A DNA stretch of 64,000 nucleotides. It comes from an uncultured Candidatus Saccharibacteria bacterium (GTDB lineage Bacteria > Patescibacteriota > Minisyncoccia > Phycocordibacterales > UBA2100). The notes beneath the pieces are model-generated. The model had not been told where the DNA came from, did no database searches, and worked only from the letters and a program-made list of their open reading frames with translations. How positions within the stretch are numbered: position 1 is the stretch's first letter; each line of letters begins with the position of its first letter. Shown one piece after another: positions 38,179 to 47,579 of this stretch. The position numbers were made by a program, and so were the translations under genes. The DNA lies in contig CAYNND010000002.1 in NCBI GenBank assembly GCA_964398775.1, forward strand, positions 8,242 through 72,241, given 5' to 3'.

Positions 38179-41100
38179 TTAGAACTTGTCTTCTCGGTTG
38201 GTAAATGATGTATCGTCGAGGTTCACATCAAGACCAAGTCCTCGAAGGTGTCTGACCAACACATTGAATGTTGCTGGCATATTTCCTTGTTTGATTGGCT
38301 CGCCTTTCACTATCGCATCGAATGCTGCTGAACGTCCAACAATATCGTCTGACTTGTAGGTAAGGATTTCGCGGAGCGCATGTGACGCACCGTAACCCAA
38401 GAATGCCCAGACTTCCATTTCTCCCACACGCTGACCACCGTTCTGTGCCTTTCCTCCGAGTGGCTGCTGTGTTGTGAGTGAGTACGGTCCAATTGAGCGC
38501 ATGTGAATCTTGTCTTCCACCATGTGATGGAGTTTCAACATGTACATGATACCAACTGAAATATTTTGTGTGAACGCATCACCTGTTCGTCCGTCGAAGA
38601 GCTTCATTTTCCCTGACTTGTCGTATCCTGCAGCAATGAGCTCGCTCACAATCTCTTCTTCTGTTGCTCCAGCAAATGGAGGAACAACGGCTTGATAGCC
38701 GAGCGCCTCAGCAGCGAGACCGAGATGCAACTCAAGAATCTGACCGAGGTTCATACGTGATGGCACACCGAGTGGGGTGAGGATAACGTCGATTGGATTT
38801 CCTTGCTCATCGTATGGCATATCCTCTTCAGGAAGAATGCGAGAAATAACACCCTTGTTACCGTGACGACCTGCGAGCTTATCACCAGCACTGACGTTAC
38901 GAACCTGAGCTATTTCTACACGCACCTTCTTGATGACACCTGATTCGAGTTGGTCTCCGCGCTCACGTGAGAAGATTTGAATGCCAACAACACGACCACG
39001 CTTTCCAGCTGGAATGCGGAGTGATGTATCTTTCACATCCTTTGCCTTATCTCCGAAGATTGCTCGGAGCAATCGCTCTTCTGCAGTCAATTGTGTTTCA
39101 CCCTTTGGTGTCACTTTACCGACGAGAATATCTCCTGCTCGTACTTCTGCACCAATGCGGACGATTCCCTCTTCATCAAGGTTACGGAGGCGCATCTCTG
39201 AGACGTTTGGAATATCGTGCGTTGTCGATTCGGGACCAAGCTTTGTATCACGAATCACACACTCAAACTCTTCCATGTGAATCGATGTGAACACTCCTTT
39301 CTTTACCAATCGTTCTGAAAGAATGATAGCGTCTTCGTAGTTGTTACCCGCCCATGACATGAATGCCACACGGACGTTTTGACCCACTGCAACCTGACCT
39401 TTGTCAGTTGAAGCAGCATCTGCAAGGACCTGTCCTTTCTTGACCGCTTCACCTGCAGAAATAACAGGGCGCTGGTGAAGTACTGAGAATTCGTTTGTTC
39501 GTTCAAAGTTTATGAGTGGGTAGACGTCATCTTTACCGTCCTTACTCTTCACTTTGATTTGTCGTGCATCAACATATGTGACTTCACCTGACTCTCGAGC
39601 CACAACCATTCGTCCTGAATCTCGAGCAGCACGCTCTTCGATACCAGTTCCAACGACTGGGTACATCGGGATGATGCATGGTGTTGCCTGCTTCTGCATG
39701 TTTGAACCCATGAGTGCACGGTTTGCTTCATCGTGTTCAACGAATGGAATCATTGATGTAGCAACTGAGAATGCTTGGTTTGTCGCAACCTCGATAAGGT
39801 CAACCTCTGCCGCTGGTACGAGCGCTGGCTCTCCCTTGTATCGTACTTCAACAAAATCTTCCTTTATCTTTCCTTTCTCGTCACGTCCAACTGCGGCGTG
39901 AGCAATTTTCAATTGCTCCTCGTCGAGTGCGTTCATGTATATAATTTCTGGAGTGATGACACCATTCTTTACCTTCGCATATGGTGTCTCAATAACACCG
40001 AACTCATTGAGTCGTGCATAGCTTGCGAGGCGCAAGATAAGACCGATGTTCTGACCTTCCGGTGTGTGAATCGGACAGAGACGGCCATAGTGAGATGTGT
40101 GCACGTCGCGCACTTCAAAGCCTGCGCGTTCACGGGTAAGTCCACCGGGACCGAGTGCTGAAAGTGTTCGAAGGTGTTCAAGCTCAGCAAGTACGTTTTG
40201 CTGATCCATAAACTGCGCAAGTGAGTTTCCTGTGAAGAACTCTTTCACCGCTGCTGAGAATGGACGCGGGTTTACTATCTGCAGTGGCTGTACTGTCTCT
40301 GCGTCAACAGTAGACATACGGTCTTGGATGTTTCGCTTGAGGCGAGACATGCCAAGTCGAATCTGCTGCTGGAGCATTTCACCCACATAACGGACACGAC
40401 GGAAGCCGAGGTGGTCGATATCATCTTCCTGAGAGCCAGGGGTGACGTTCAGGTGAACAATATGACTGATGATGCGCACAAAGTCTTCAAGTGTAAGAAC
40501 TTGCTGACTCAATGACTTCTCATCAACAGAAAGGTGGAAGCGCTGGTTGAACTGGTAGCGTCCGACACGTGAGAGATCGTATCGCTCTGGAGAAAAGAGG
40601 TTGCGTACAAACTCCTTTGCATTCTCTGCTGTCGCCAAGTCGCCGTCTCGCATCGTACGATAGATTGCGATACATGCATCGTTAAAGTTCTTAGCTGGGT
40701 CGCGAGCAAGCATGCCTGCAACTGCCTTTTGTACAGACTCATCTTCTTTTGCAAAAAGCTTTTTGATTTCAGCATCATCCTTTGCACCGAGTGCGCGGAG
40801 TACTGTTGTCACGAACATTTTCTTCTTTCGGTCAATCTTGATGCCGATGACATTCTCAGCTTCTGACTCAAGCTCGAGCCATACACCGCGACTTGGGATT
40901 ATCTTTGCACCAAAGTAGCGCTTGCCTTTGATTTCTGAGGTCAGGAAAAATACACCGTATGAACGTGCAAGCTGTGGCACGACAACACGCTCAACACCGT
41001 TGATGATGAATGTGCCGTGTGCGGTCATGAGTGGGAACTCAGCAAGAAACATTTCCTGCTCTTTCTTCTCACCCGTCGTTTTGTTTGTGAGTTTCGCTAC

Positions 41101-41373
41101 CGCCTTGAGTGGTGCTTGGTAGGTCAACATGCGGCGCTTTGCGTGGTGCTCGTCATAGGTCGGTGCACCAAGCGTAATTTTCGTGAGATCCAGACTAAAC
41201 TTTTTTCCAGAGTAATCCTCTATCGGACTGAACTCTGACATTACGCGTCTAATATCCTCTTTTGCGAGCTGCTCAAAAGACTTGAGCTGCTGCTCCACGA
41301 GGTCAGGGAGCTCCATGAGGGGCTCAGTGAATCGTCCGAATCGCTTCTGGACGACAGTATTCTTTTTCGTCAT
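38179..41373 (-). CDS. rpoB: DNA-directed RNA polymerase subunit beta
   Basis: Conserved rpoB blocks including the rifampicin-region motif 'FFGSSQLSQFMDQ'-like 'FTGNSLAQFMDQQN'. Immediately upstream of rpoC. The ATG at 41373 (MTKKNTVV) was chosen; the track ORF begins with a GTG at 41403. Confidence 0.95.
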   Translation of the reverse strand: MTKKNTVVQKRFGRFTEPLMELPDLVEQQLKSFEQLAKEDIRRVMSEFSPIEDYSGKKFSLDLTKITLGAPTYDEHHAKRRMLTYQAPLKAVAKLTNKTTGEKKEQEMFLAEFPLMTAHGTFIINGVERVVVPQLARSYGVFFLTSEIKGKRYFGAKIIPSRGVWLELESEAENVIGIKIDRKKKMFVTTVLRALGAKDDAEIKKLFAKEDESVQKAVAGMLARDPAKNFNDACIAIYRTMRDGDLATAENAKEFVRNLFSPERYDLSRVGRYQFNQRFHLSVDEKSLSQQVLTLEDFVRIISHIVHLNVTPGSQEDDIDHLGFRRVRYVGEMLQQQIRLGMSRLKRNIQDRMSTVDAETVQPLQIVNPRPFSAAVKEFFTGNSLAQFMDQQNVLAELEHLRTLSALGPGGLTRERAGFEVRDVHTSHYGRLCPIHTPEGQNIGLILRLASYARLNEFGVIETPYAKVKNGVITPEIIYMNALDEEQLKIAHAAVGRDEKGKIKEDFVEVRYKGEPALVPAAEVDLIEVATNQAFSVATSMIPFVEHDEANRALMGSNMQKQATPCIIPMYPVVGTGIEERAARDSGRMVVARESGEVTYVDARQIKVKSKDGKDDVYPLINFERTNEFSVLHQRPVISAGEAVKKGQVLADAASTDKGQVAVGQNVRVAFMSWAGNNYEDAIILSERLVKKGVFTSIHMEEFECVIRDTKLGPESTTHDIPNVSEMRLRNLDEEGIVRIGAEVRAGDILVGKVTPKGETQLTAEERLLRAIFGDKAKDVKDTSLRIPAGKRGRVVGIQIFSRERGDQLESGVIKKVRVEIAQVRNVSAGDKLAGRHGNKGVISRILPEEDMPYDEQGNPIDVILTPLGVPSRMNLGQILELHLGLAAEALGYQAVVPPFAGATEEEIVSELIAAGYDKSGKMKLFDGRTGDAFTQNISVGIMYMLKLHHMVEDKIHMRSIGPYSLTTQQPLGGKAQNGGQRVGEMEVWAFLGYGASHALREILTYKSDDIVGRSAAFDAIVKGEPIKQGNMPATFNVLVRHLRGLGLDVNLDDTSFTNREDKF

Positions 41374-41526
41374 GCGAAAATGAATTAAGAAGATGCTGGC
41401 CACAGCTTCGTACTTTTGCTATGGTCAATCTCTTCAGTGATAAATAAGCGTGCACCGTTTCATTTATCACGACTCAAGCGGGAAACGTTGCGGAAATATA
41501 CACGCAAAAGAACAAAATTGCAAGCA

Positions 41527-41562
41527 CTAAAAAACCTCAGGCAGAGCAAGCTCCACCTGAGG
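41527..41562 (-). terminator. Rho-independent terminator after MarR gene
   Basis: CCTCAGG-cagagcaagctcca-CCTGAGG, followed on the minus strand by TTTTTT. Confidence 0.6.
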
Positions 41563-41598
41563 CGACACTAGGGTTCCTCACGCCCTAGCTGATGTCGG

Positions 41599-41934
41599 TT
41601 AAGTTGTCTTGCAGACCTTTTGTGCGAGGGCTCTGCCCTCGGGTGTCAGCCGAACCGCGTATGCACGCTGGTCCTCCTTGGTACGTTTGCGGGCTATGAG
41701 GCCGCGCTTGAGCAGACGCCTTACAACATCTGCCAACGTTGACCTGTCGATGCCGGTCATACCCACGAGGTTGGTTTGAGACCCACCCTCGTTGTTTAGG
41801 AGGGCGCAGAGCACCTGCGCCTGTGTCGCTGTGACACCTGTTTTCTCCCTTATCTCGCGACTCAGGAGTTGGACCTGCTGGCGCGCTTCCCCGAGACGGG
41901 TCACGAGCGAGCGAGATTCCAATTTTTGGGCCAT
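41599..41934 (-). CDS. MarR family transcriptional regulator
   Basis: Winged helix '...LTATQAQVLCALLNNEGGSQTNLVGMTGIDRSTLADVVRRLLKRGLIARKRTKEDQRAYAVRLTPEGRAL'. Lies in a GC-rich (~57%) islet. The ATG at 41934 was chosen. Confidence 0.7.
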   Translation of the reverse strand: MAQKLESRSLVTRLGEARQQVQLLSREIREKTGVTATQAQVLCALLNNEGGSQTNLVGMTGIDRSTLADVVRRLLKRGLIARKRTKEDQRAYAVRLTPEGRALAQKVCKTT

Positions 41935-42012
41935 TGGTATGGCTCCTCTGCAAAACACCAGCGATGTTGCTGGCATTAGTATTATACCATATAAATTATA
42001 AAAATCAAGTAA

Positions 42013-42043
42013 GGCCCGGGACAGTCCTCATGCTGCCCGGGCC
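42013..42043 (-). terminator. GC-rich hairpin (possible terminator of second MarR-like gene)
   Basis: GGCCCGGG-N15-CCCGGGCC. The AT-rich flank gives an imperfect U-tract. Confidence 0.35.
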
Positions 42044-42048
42044 ATTGT

Positions 42049-42366
42049 TCAGGACGAAAGAAGTAACTGATACAGCGCTTTGCCGTCATCGGTCAGATGT
42101 AGTGACCACTGGTTCGAGTGGGAAACGCGCTTTTTCAGCACATGACCCGACTTTTCCATGCGGTTCACCACATCAGTACATGTTGGCAGCGGTATACCAG
42201 TCTTTTTCGTGAGCCGATTGACGGATATGCCTGGACACTGATGCATCGCGAGGACGATTTGGCATCGTACACTCGACATGCCTGTCCGCTCTTCGATTGC
42301 TCGACCGAGTGCATGGACTCCCTTGCGTGCTGTGGCCAGCTGGCCAAGCTGCGAGATGAGGTTCAT
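42049..42366 (-). CDS. MarR-like winged-helix transcriptional regulator (paralog)
   Basis: 105 aa, '...GISVNRLTKKTGIPLPTCTDVVNRMEKSGHVLKKRVSHSNQWSLHLTDDGKAL', with the same architecture as the adjacent MarR. GC-rich. Confidence 0.55.
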   Translation of the reverse strand: MNLISQLGQLATARKGVHALGRAIEERTGMSSVRCQIVLAMHQCPGISVNRLTKKTGIPLPTCTDVVNRMEKSGHVLKKRVSHSNQWSLHLTDDGKALYQLLLSS

Positions 42367-42453
42367 AGGCTCTACTCCCTGTTGCGTCTCTCAGAGGAGA
42401 CATCATATATCTAGTACGCCAAACTCAATTCGTCAATTACAAGTGCCAGAGAA

Positions 42454-43716
42454 TTACTTACGCGCATAACGCCGCACCAAATCTTTTCGTTCACCTTCAA
42501 AGAGGAGCTTATCTTCAAGATCACGCTTTTGTTTCGTTGCAATCCACTTTTCTGCATCCTTTTCGCTTTTTCCTTCTTTCAGGAGATACTGATATGCAAC
42601 TTTGTAGTAGGTTGTATCGAGGTGCGCCATCGCATCAGCTGTTGCGACAATCTTCCCTTCTAAGGTTTGCGGAATGTTTCCGTCCCTGCAACTATGCTTT
42701 GCCATAGCATCATCAACGATGACTTTAATCTCCTTTTCTGAAAAACCACTTTCACGAAGAAAATCTCGAGCGATACGCGCACTAGCTTCTTTGTGCTCAG
42801 GGTTGAAACGACTCATCACTGCATCAGCGATATCGTGGAGCATGCCTGCGGCACGGCATATCTCTGCATCTGCTTTGTACTTTCGTGCAAGTCGATGCGC
42901 ATATTGAGCAACAACAAAGACATGGTCAGCAAAGAGCCAGTCAGCCCAGTCTGCGCGACTCGGACTTTTGAGCTCATAGAGCGCGCGCACTTTTGCAGAT
43001 AAGATATCTATACGACTTTCGAGACCTGTGCGCTTGCCGTTTCGCCACGCATCAATTTCTTTATGATTTCCCCCAAGGAGTACTTTTGGCACAGCGTATT
43101 TTTTACCTTTCCAGACAAGCACTTCTGGACGTGTGTACACTTCAGGACTTGACGGGCGGGTTTCCTCAAGTGACCCAAACTCCCCGAGTACACCTGGCAC
43201 CTGTCGCGCAATCGCATCAATCATCATCGCAGCAGGAAGTTCTCCACCCGTCACGATATATGGACCAATTGAAACTTTTTTTGCTTTTAAAATCTTCGGG
43301 ACTCGCTCGTCCATCCCTTCATACCTGCCACAGAGAAACAGTACGTGGTCAGCTTTCGCGAGCTGACGTGCCATATCTTGAGTAAATGGCTCACCATCGG
43401 GCGTCAGAAATATCGAAACTGTTTTCTTGGCTTTGTTTTTTTTCTGCGCTTTTGTGATTGCCTGTTCTGCAGCACGGAGCACTGGCTCAGCTGAAAGCAC
43501 CATACCGGGGCCACCTGCAAATGGCTTTTGGTCGACTCGCTTATGCTTGTCTTTTGTGTACGAACGCGGGTTCTCGTAGTGGATTGCGATGACTGCTTTT
43601 CTTCCAGCCTTACTTCCTTTTGGTTTGAGTGTTTCTTGGGCACGCTTGAGCATTGAACTATTGAGATAGGGCTCAATAGATTCTGGGAACAGAGTTATGA
43701 GTGAATAGACTTTCAT
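42454..43716 (-). CDS. trmD: tRNA (guanine37-N1)-methyltransferase TrmD fused to a C-terminal HD-domain phosphohydrolase
   Basis: The N-terminal ~250 aa form the SPOUT TrmD ('MKVYSLITLFPESIEPYLNSSMLKRAQE', 'GGPGMVL', 'LFLCGRYEGMDERV'). The C-terminal ~150 aa carry an HD motif 'H...AGMLHDIAD...D'. Confidence 0.85.
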   Translation of the reverse strand: MKVYSLITLFPESIEPYLNSSMLKRAQETLKPKGSKAGRKAVIAIHYENPRSYTKDKHKRVDQKPFAGGPGMVLSAEPVLRAAEQAITKAQKKNKAKKTVSIFLTPDGEPFTQDMARQLAKADHVLFLCGRYEGMDERVPKILKAKKVSIGPYIVTGGELPAAMMIDAIARQVPGVLGEFGSLEETRPSSPEVYTRPEVLVWKGKKYAVPKVLLGGNHKEIDAWRNGKRTGLESRIDILSAKVRALYELKSPSRADWADWLFADHVFVVAQYAHRLARKYKADAEICRAAGMLHDIADAVMSRFNPEHKEASARIARDFLRESGFSEKEIKVIVDDAMAKHSCRDGNIPQTLEGKIVATADAMAHLDTTYYKVAYQYLLKEGKSEKDAEKWIATKQKRDLEDKLLFEGERKDLVRRYARK

Positions 43717-44150
43717 GGTTGTGTTTTTATATCTTCAAAATGCTTACCTTCGATGAATAGTCGTATAACATCTTTGTGTCCATAAAACACATTATACGGC
43801 AACGACTCGAGTGGAAACCATTTCCATTCACTGCAGTGCTCGTGCTCTACCACAATCGGCTCACCGACAACATCATGCAGCAGGAATGCAAAGTTTATAT
43901 AATTCTTTTCAACCGGCTGTTTGGGGTCGTTCACAACTGAAACAAACGAAGCACGAGATGCTCGCATACCAGTCTCTTCAGTAATTTCACGCAACACACA
44001 TTCATCCAGCCGCTCACCGTTTTCAAGATGACCACCAGGGAGCCCCCACTCTCCCGCGCCTGCGCTTCCTTTGCGCAGACCAAGGAGGAGCATATTGTCT
44101 CGGACAACAAGCCCACATGAGCCGACATAATGTGATGGTCGTTCTTCCAT
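43713..44150 (-). CDS. Nudix hydrolase
   Basis: Nudix box 'GLPGGHLENGERLDECVLREITEETGM'. Overlaps the trmD start by 4 nt and occupies the slot where rimM usually sits. Confidence 0.8.
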   Translation of the reverse strand: MEERPSHYVGSCGLVVRDNMLLLGLRKGSAGAGEWGLPGGHLENGERLDECVLREITEETGMRASRASFVSVVNDPKQPVEKNYINFAFLLHDVVGEPIVVEHEHCSEWKWFPLESLPYNVFYGHKDVIRLFIEGKHFEDIKTQP

Positions 44151-44225
44151 ATCTTGATACTAGCAAGATACAGGGAAAAAGAAAACGCGCCCTGTGGCGC
44201 GTAGTCTTCACTGAATCTTCACAGA

Positions 44226-44609
44226 TTAGAGATCTGCGAGTACTTCATCTACCGTCTTCATCCGCTCTGATGGAGCTGGTGTTGGGTTTGTGTGAACATA
44301 GGTCTCAGCAGCAGGTGCACCACCAAGAGATGCGGCTGGTCGCTCTGCGCGCACGTGGTCACTACCTTCTGGTTCGTTTATCTTGAGGTTTACTCGTGCA
44401 TCATTCTTCATACCAGCAACACGGAGTAACGTACGGACAGCCTTTGCAGTTGCGCCATCGCGTCCAATAACCTTACCCATGTCATCTTTGTGTACTGTAA
44501 GCGTAAGGAGCACGCCCATCTGGTCGACGGTTCGTGTGATAATCACAGCTTCAGGATGATCAACGAGTGCCTTTATAACGTAATCAAGAAACGCTTCGTC
44601 GTGCTGCAT
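44226..44609 (-). CDS. KH-domain RNA-binding protein (YlqC/UPF0109 family)
   Basis: 'YVIKALVDHPEAVII...VHKDDMGKVIGRDGATAKAVRTLLRVAG' matches YlqC. Conserved position after rpsP. Confidence 0.7.
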   Translation of the reverse strand: MQHDEAFLDYVIKALVDHPEAVIITRTVDQMGVLLTLTVHKDDMGKVIGRDGATAKAVRTLLRVAGMKNDARVNLKINEPEGSDHVRAERPAASLGGAPAAETYVHTNPTPAPSERMKTVDEVLADL

Positions 44610-44691
44610 AATGATAGTCTAGCTAATATAAATTCTACCTGTGTACAAGTATAGCAACGATGGGTATCTATATTCAACTGTCTGTGGAAAA

Positions 44692-45000
44692 CTACGCTGT
44701 TGGCGCTGCAGCTTCCTCCTTTTTTGGCTGAGTCTTTCGTGGAAGAACATTTACCTTCTTTCCACTGATAATACCCTTTGTGACAAGCATGTTATGGACT
44801 GTGCCGGTAGCTTTCGCTCCAACAGAAATCCAGTACTTTACTCTATCAGCCTTTATTTCAACGGCTTTAGTCTTAGGGTGGTAACTTCCGAGTCGTTCGA
44901 CGAAACTGTTACTCTTTGGGCCTTCGGTGTGTTCAGTCACTACCATACGGAAAGAAGGGTCGTTCTTTCGGCCAACACGCTGTAATCGAATACTTAACAT
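44692..45000 (-). CDS. rpsP: 30S ribosomal protein S16
   Basis: 'MLSIRLQRVGRKNDPSFRMVV...RLGSYHP'. The ATG at 45000 was chosen. Confidence 0.9.
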   Translation of the reverse strand: MLSIRLQRVGRKNDPSFRMVVTEHTEGPKSNSFVERLGSYHPKTKAVEIKADRVKYWISVGAKATGTVHNMLVTKGIISGKKVNVLPRKTQPKKEEAAAPTA

Positions 45001-45081
45001 GGGCGGTACTTTACCAGAATTGCACAGAAGAGTCAAAGGTGGGCTAGCAAGCTACCCTTTCCTAAGGTAGAGTGCCATTTC

Positions 45082-46614
45082 ATGAAACGCTCCCCACATC
45101 AAAAAAAACATATCGAAAAACCAATAAGAAAAACAGTTTCGACACGTCCAGAACGTCCTGTATTTACCCTTCCACAACCGTTCAGTAAGGAGCTTATAAA
45201 AGCTGCACGCGGTGGAAAATCACTCCTCTCTGCATCGCATGAGAATCGTCGAGATATGCGCACCACACCGACATTCACCGTAGACCCAGACACAGCGCAA
45301 GATTATGATGATGCGCTCTCTATCAAAGCACTGGGCAAAGGACGTTTTGAACTTGGCATTCATATCGCAGATGTATCACACTTTGTTCCTTTTAATTCAC
45401 CGATTGATCGTGAAGCTCAGAAACGTGGTACCTCCGTGTACCTTGTTGACGAAACAATCCCGATGCTCCCTGAAGAGCTTTCAAATGATGCCTGTTCACT
45501 CAAACCAGATGAGGATAGGTTGACGTTCTCAGTTATCGTAACCATTGACGAGCATGGGACCATTCATGACGAATGGATAGGCCGGACAATTATCCGCTCA
45601 CGAAAACGTTTTACATACCGCGGGGCACAAGAAACTCTCGATAACAAAACTGGATTACTCTACAAAGAGCTCGTGCACGTTCGAACAATCGCACGCGCAT
45701 TAAAGGCAGAACGCTTAAAACACGGCGCAATAGAATTCAACTCCGAAGAAATTGGGTTTACATTAAAAAATGGTGTGCCAGTTGAGGCATATGTAAAACC
45801 ATATTATGAAACTATGGGCATGATTGAAGAGTGCATGCTCCTTGCAAACCGAGTTGTTGCAACTTACATGCACAAGACGGTGAAGCGCAGAAAAGGAATG
45901 ATTGGAGTGTACCGCGTGCATGACGCTCCCCATGGTGACAAATTGCACACGCTCGACACACTGCTCACCGCTCTTGGGTATTCACTTCACAAATACAAAG
46001 GCTTGGTTACTTCAAAATCAATTGAACATGTGCTTGAGATTGCAAAAGGAACCCCCGAGTTTGATTGTGTAAACCTCTCACTGTTGCGAGCGATGCCTAA
46101 GGCTACCTATGACTACCGGAATACTGGACACTTTGGATTAGGATTTTCTTTTTACACGCACTTCACCTCCCCGATTCGTCGATACCCAGATGTGATGGTG
46201 CATCGCATACTCGCTGCACTTTTGGAGAACAAATCGCTTCCAGATCGAGAGATTTCTCTCTACAAAACACTGACTACAAAAAACACTGAGCAAGAGATAG
46301 GTGCACAGGAAGCAGAGCGTGACTCTATCAAAGATATGCTAGTCCAGTACTGGCTCCCTCGACTTAACACTCCGTGTGAAGGTACTATTTCAGGCGTTAT
46401 GCCCTACGGTATATTCGTCCGCGATACACACACCCACGCTGAAGGTTTCGTGCACATTACTAAAATGCGTGAATACGGCTACCTCTATTACAACGAAAAA
46501 ACACTTTCCTTAGAAAATGAGGATGCACAATTTCGCCTTGGCGATTTAGTCAGTTTCACTTTTACTTCGGTCCGCGAGGAGCGAAACCAGCTTGAAGCCG
46601 CGCTCATACTGTAG
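45082..46614 (+). CDS. RNase II/R family 3'-5' exoribonuclease (RNB domain)
   Basis: RNB catalytic motif 'DPDTAQDYDDALSI' and 'HFGLGFSFYTHFTSPIRRYPD', with a C-terminal S1-like domain. No N-terminal CSD domains (510 aa). Confidence 0.85.
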   Translation: MKRSPHQKKHIEKPIRKTVSTRPERPVFTLPQPFSKELIKAARGGKSLLSASHENRRDMRTTPTFTVDPDTAQDYDDALSIKALGKGRFELGIHIADVSHFVPFNSPIDREAQKRGTSVYLVDETIPMLPEELSNDACSLKPDEDRLTFSVIVTIDEHGTIHDEWIGRTIIRSRKRFTYRGAQETLDNKTGLLYKELVHVRTIARALKAERLKHGAIEFNSEEIGFTLKNGVPVEAYVKPYYETMGMIEECMLLANRVVATYMHKTVKRRKGMIGVYRVHDAPHGDKLHTLDTLLTALGYSLHKYKGLVTSKSIEHVLEIAKGTPEFDCVNLSLLRAMPKATYDYRNTGHFGLGFSFYTHFTSPIRRYPDVMVHRILAALLENKSLPDREISLYKTLTTKNTEQEIGAQEAERDSIKDMLVQYWLPRLNTPCEGTISGVMPYGIFVRDTHTHAEGFVHITKMREYGYLYYNEKTLSLENEDAQFRLGDLVSFTFTSVREERNQLEAALIL

Positions 46615-46616
46615 AC

Positions 46617-47579
46617 TTAGAACGTGAGCGAGTCGAGCGGATTTGCAAAGTGAGTTGATGCATCTGTAGTTGATGGACGTGTACTTGTCTGTCCATACCC
46701 CCACGCACGCGCATCAGTGTCTATTTGAGAAGCATCATAACTTGTCGGTCCGCTACCTGAGCGTGTCTTCGGCAAAGGAATGCGTGTCCCCGCAGGAAGA
46801 GTTTTTTGTGGAATTTCGTATCCTGTATTACTCGTCAATATTTTATAGAGTCCGGGTGGCAATCCATTGATTGTACGCTCCTTCTGGGCTGCAAACACCT
46901 CGCAGCGCGATGCATCGCACGGAAGTGGTGGAGTGCCTGAAACAGCGCACACTGCCGTTGCGCTTTTCTTCTTTACAGTGAGTGCGTCTTGCGGTTGGGC
47001 ACTTGTGGTACGAGTTGCCCGGGCTGCGATAAGCCCTTCGTTGGGAAGTCTATTGTATTGCAATTCGCCATGACCAAAAACTCGGGATGATGGTATCCCG
47101 TATGCAACTTGCAGCAAGTGGCCGAGTCGCACCGCAGCGCGCAACTGTGCTTCTGGTATCTTCATATGTCCGCACATCAGCGAAACTCCGATGGCTGAAC
47201 CATTACTATATTGGAGGCGCGTTCTCCGATATGATCCTGAGACGTGATTGGTACGCTTTAAAAGCGGCGCTCCTTGATACACAGTACCGTCTCGAGCTAT
47301 ATAGAAATGGTAGCCGAACATACCGTCACGTCGTCTGTCATACGTCTGCCCATACTTAAGCATAGCGATAGGGTCGCACTGCGCGCTTCCTGGGTCATGA
47401 AAGACGAGCATGGAGAATGGTTTCGGTTGCGCATCTGAATACGGAACTTTTGCATTTGCATTATACGAAACTGGAATAGTCTCTGAAGCTACACTTTCAG
47501 TTCCAACTTCGCAGACACTTGCTGCTTGGGATAGCATGGGAAGGAGACACAGTAATGCACATGCAATTCTATATCTCAT
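46617..47579 (-). CDS. secreted N-acetylmuramoyl-L-alanine amidase (Amidase_2 / PGRP fold)
   Basis: Signal peptide 'MRYRIACALLCLLPMLSQAAS'. Amidase_2 core 'YHFYIARDGTVYQGAPLLKRTNHV...CGHM...GHGEL' and a P/S/T-rich C-terminus. Confidence 0.7.
   Translation of the reverse strand: MRYRIACALLCLLPMLSQAASVCEVGTESVASETIPVSYNANAKVPYSDAQPKPFSMLVFHDPGSAQCDPIAMLKYGQTYDRRRDGMFGYHFYIARDGTVYQGAPLLKRTNHVSGSYRRTRLQYSNGSAIGVSLMCGHMKIPEAQLRAAVRLGHLLQVAYGIPSSRVFGHGELQYNRLPNEGLIAARATRTTSAQPQDALTVKKKSATAVCAVSGTPPLPCDASRCEVFAAQKERTINGLPPGLYKILTSNTGYEIPQKTLPAGTRIPLPKTRSGSGPTSYDASQIDTDARAWGYGQTSTRPSTTDASTHFANPLDSLTF

Noticed and set aside
38967-40161. Several 100-130 aa ORFs on the plus strand inside rpoB/rpoC coordinates
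   Set aside because: They are antisense to highly conserved RNA polymerase genes and are artefacts of long stop-free reverse frames.
41585-41953. 122-aa Pro/Gly/Arg-rich ORF overlapping the first MarR gene in another frame
   Set aside because: A GC-rich islet generates stop-poor alternative frames. The MarR frame has a coherent winged-helix motif and the overlapping frame is low-complexity.
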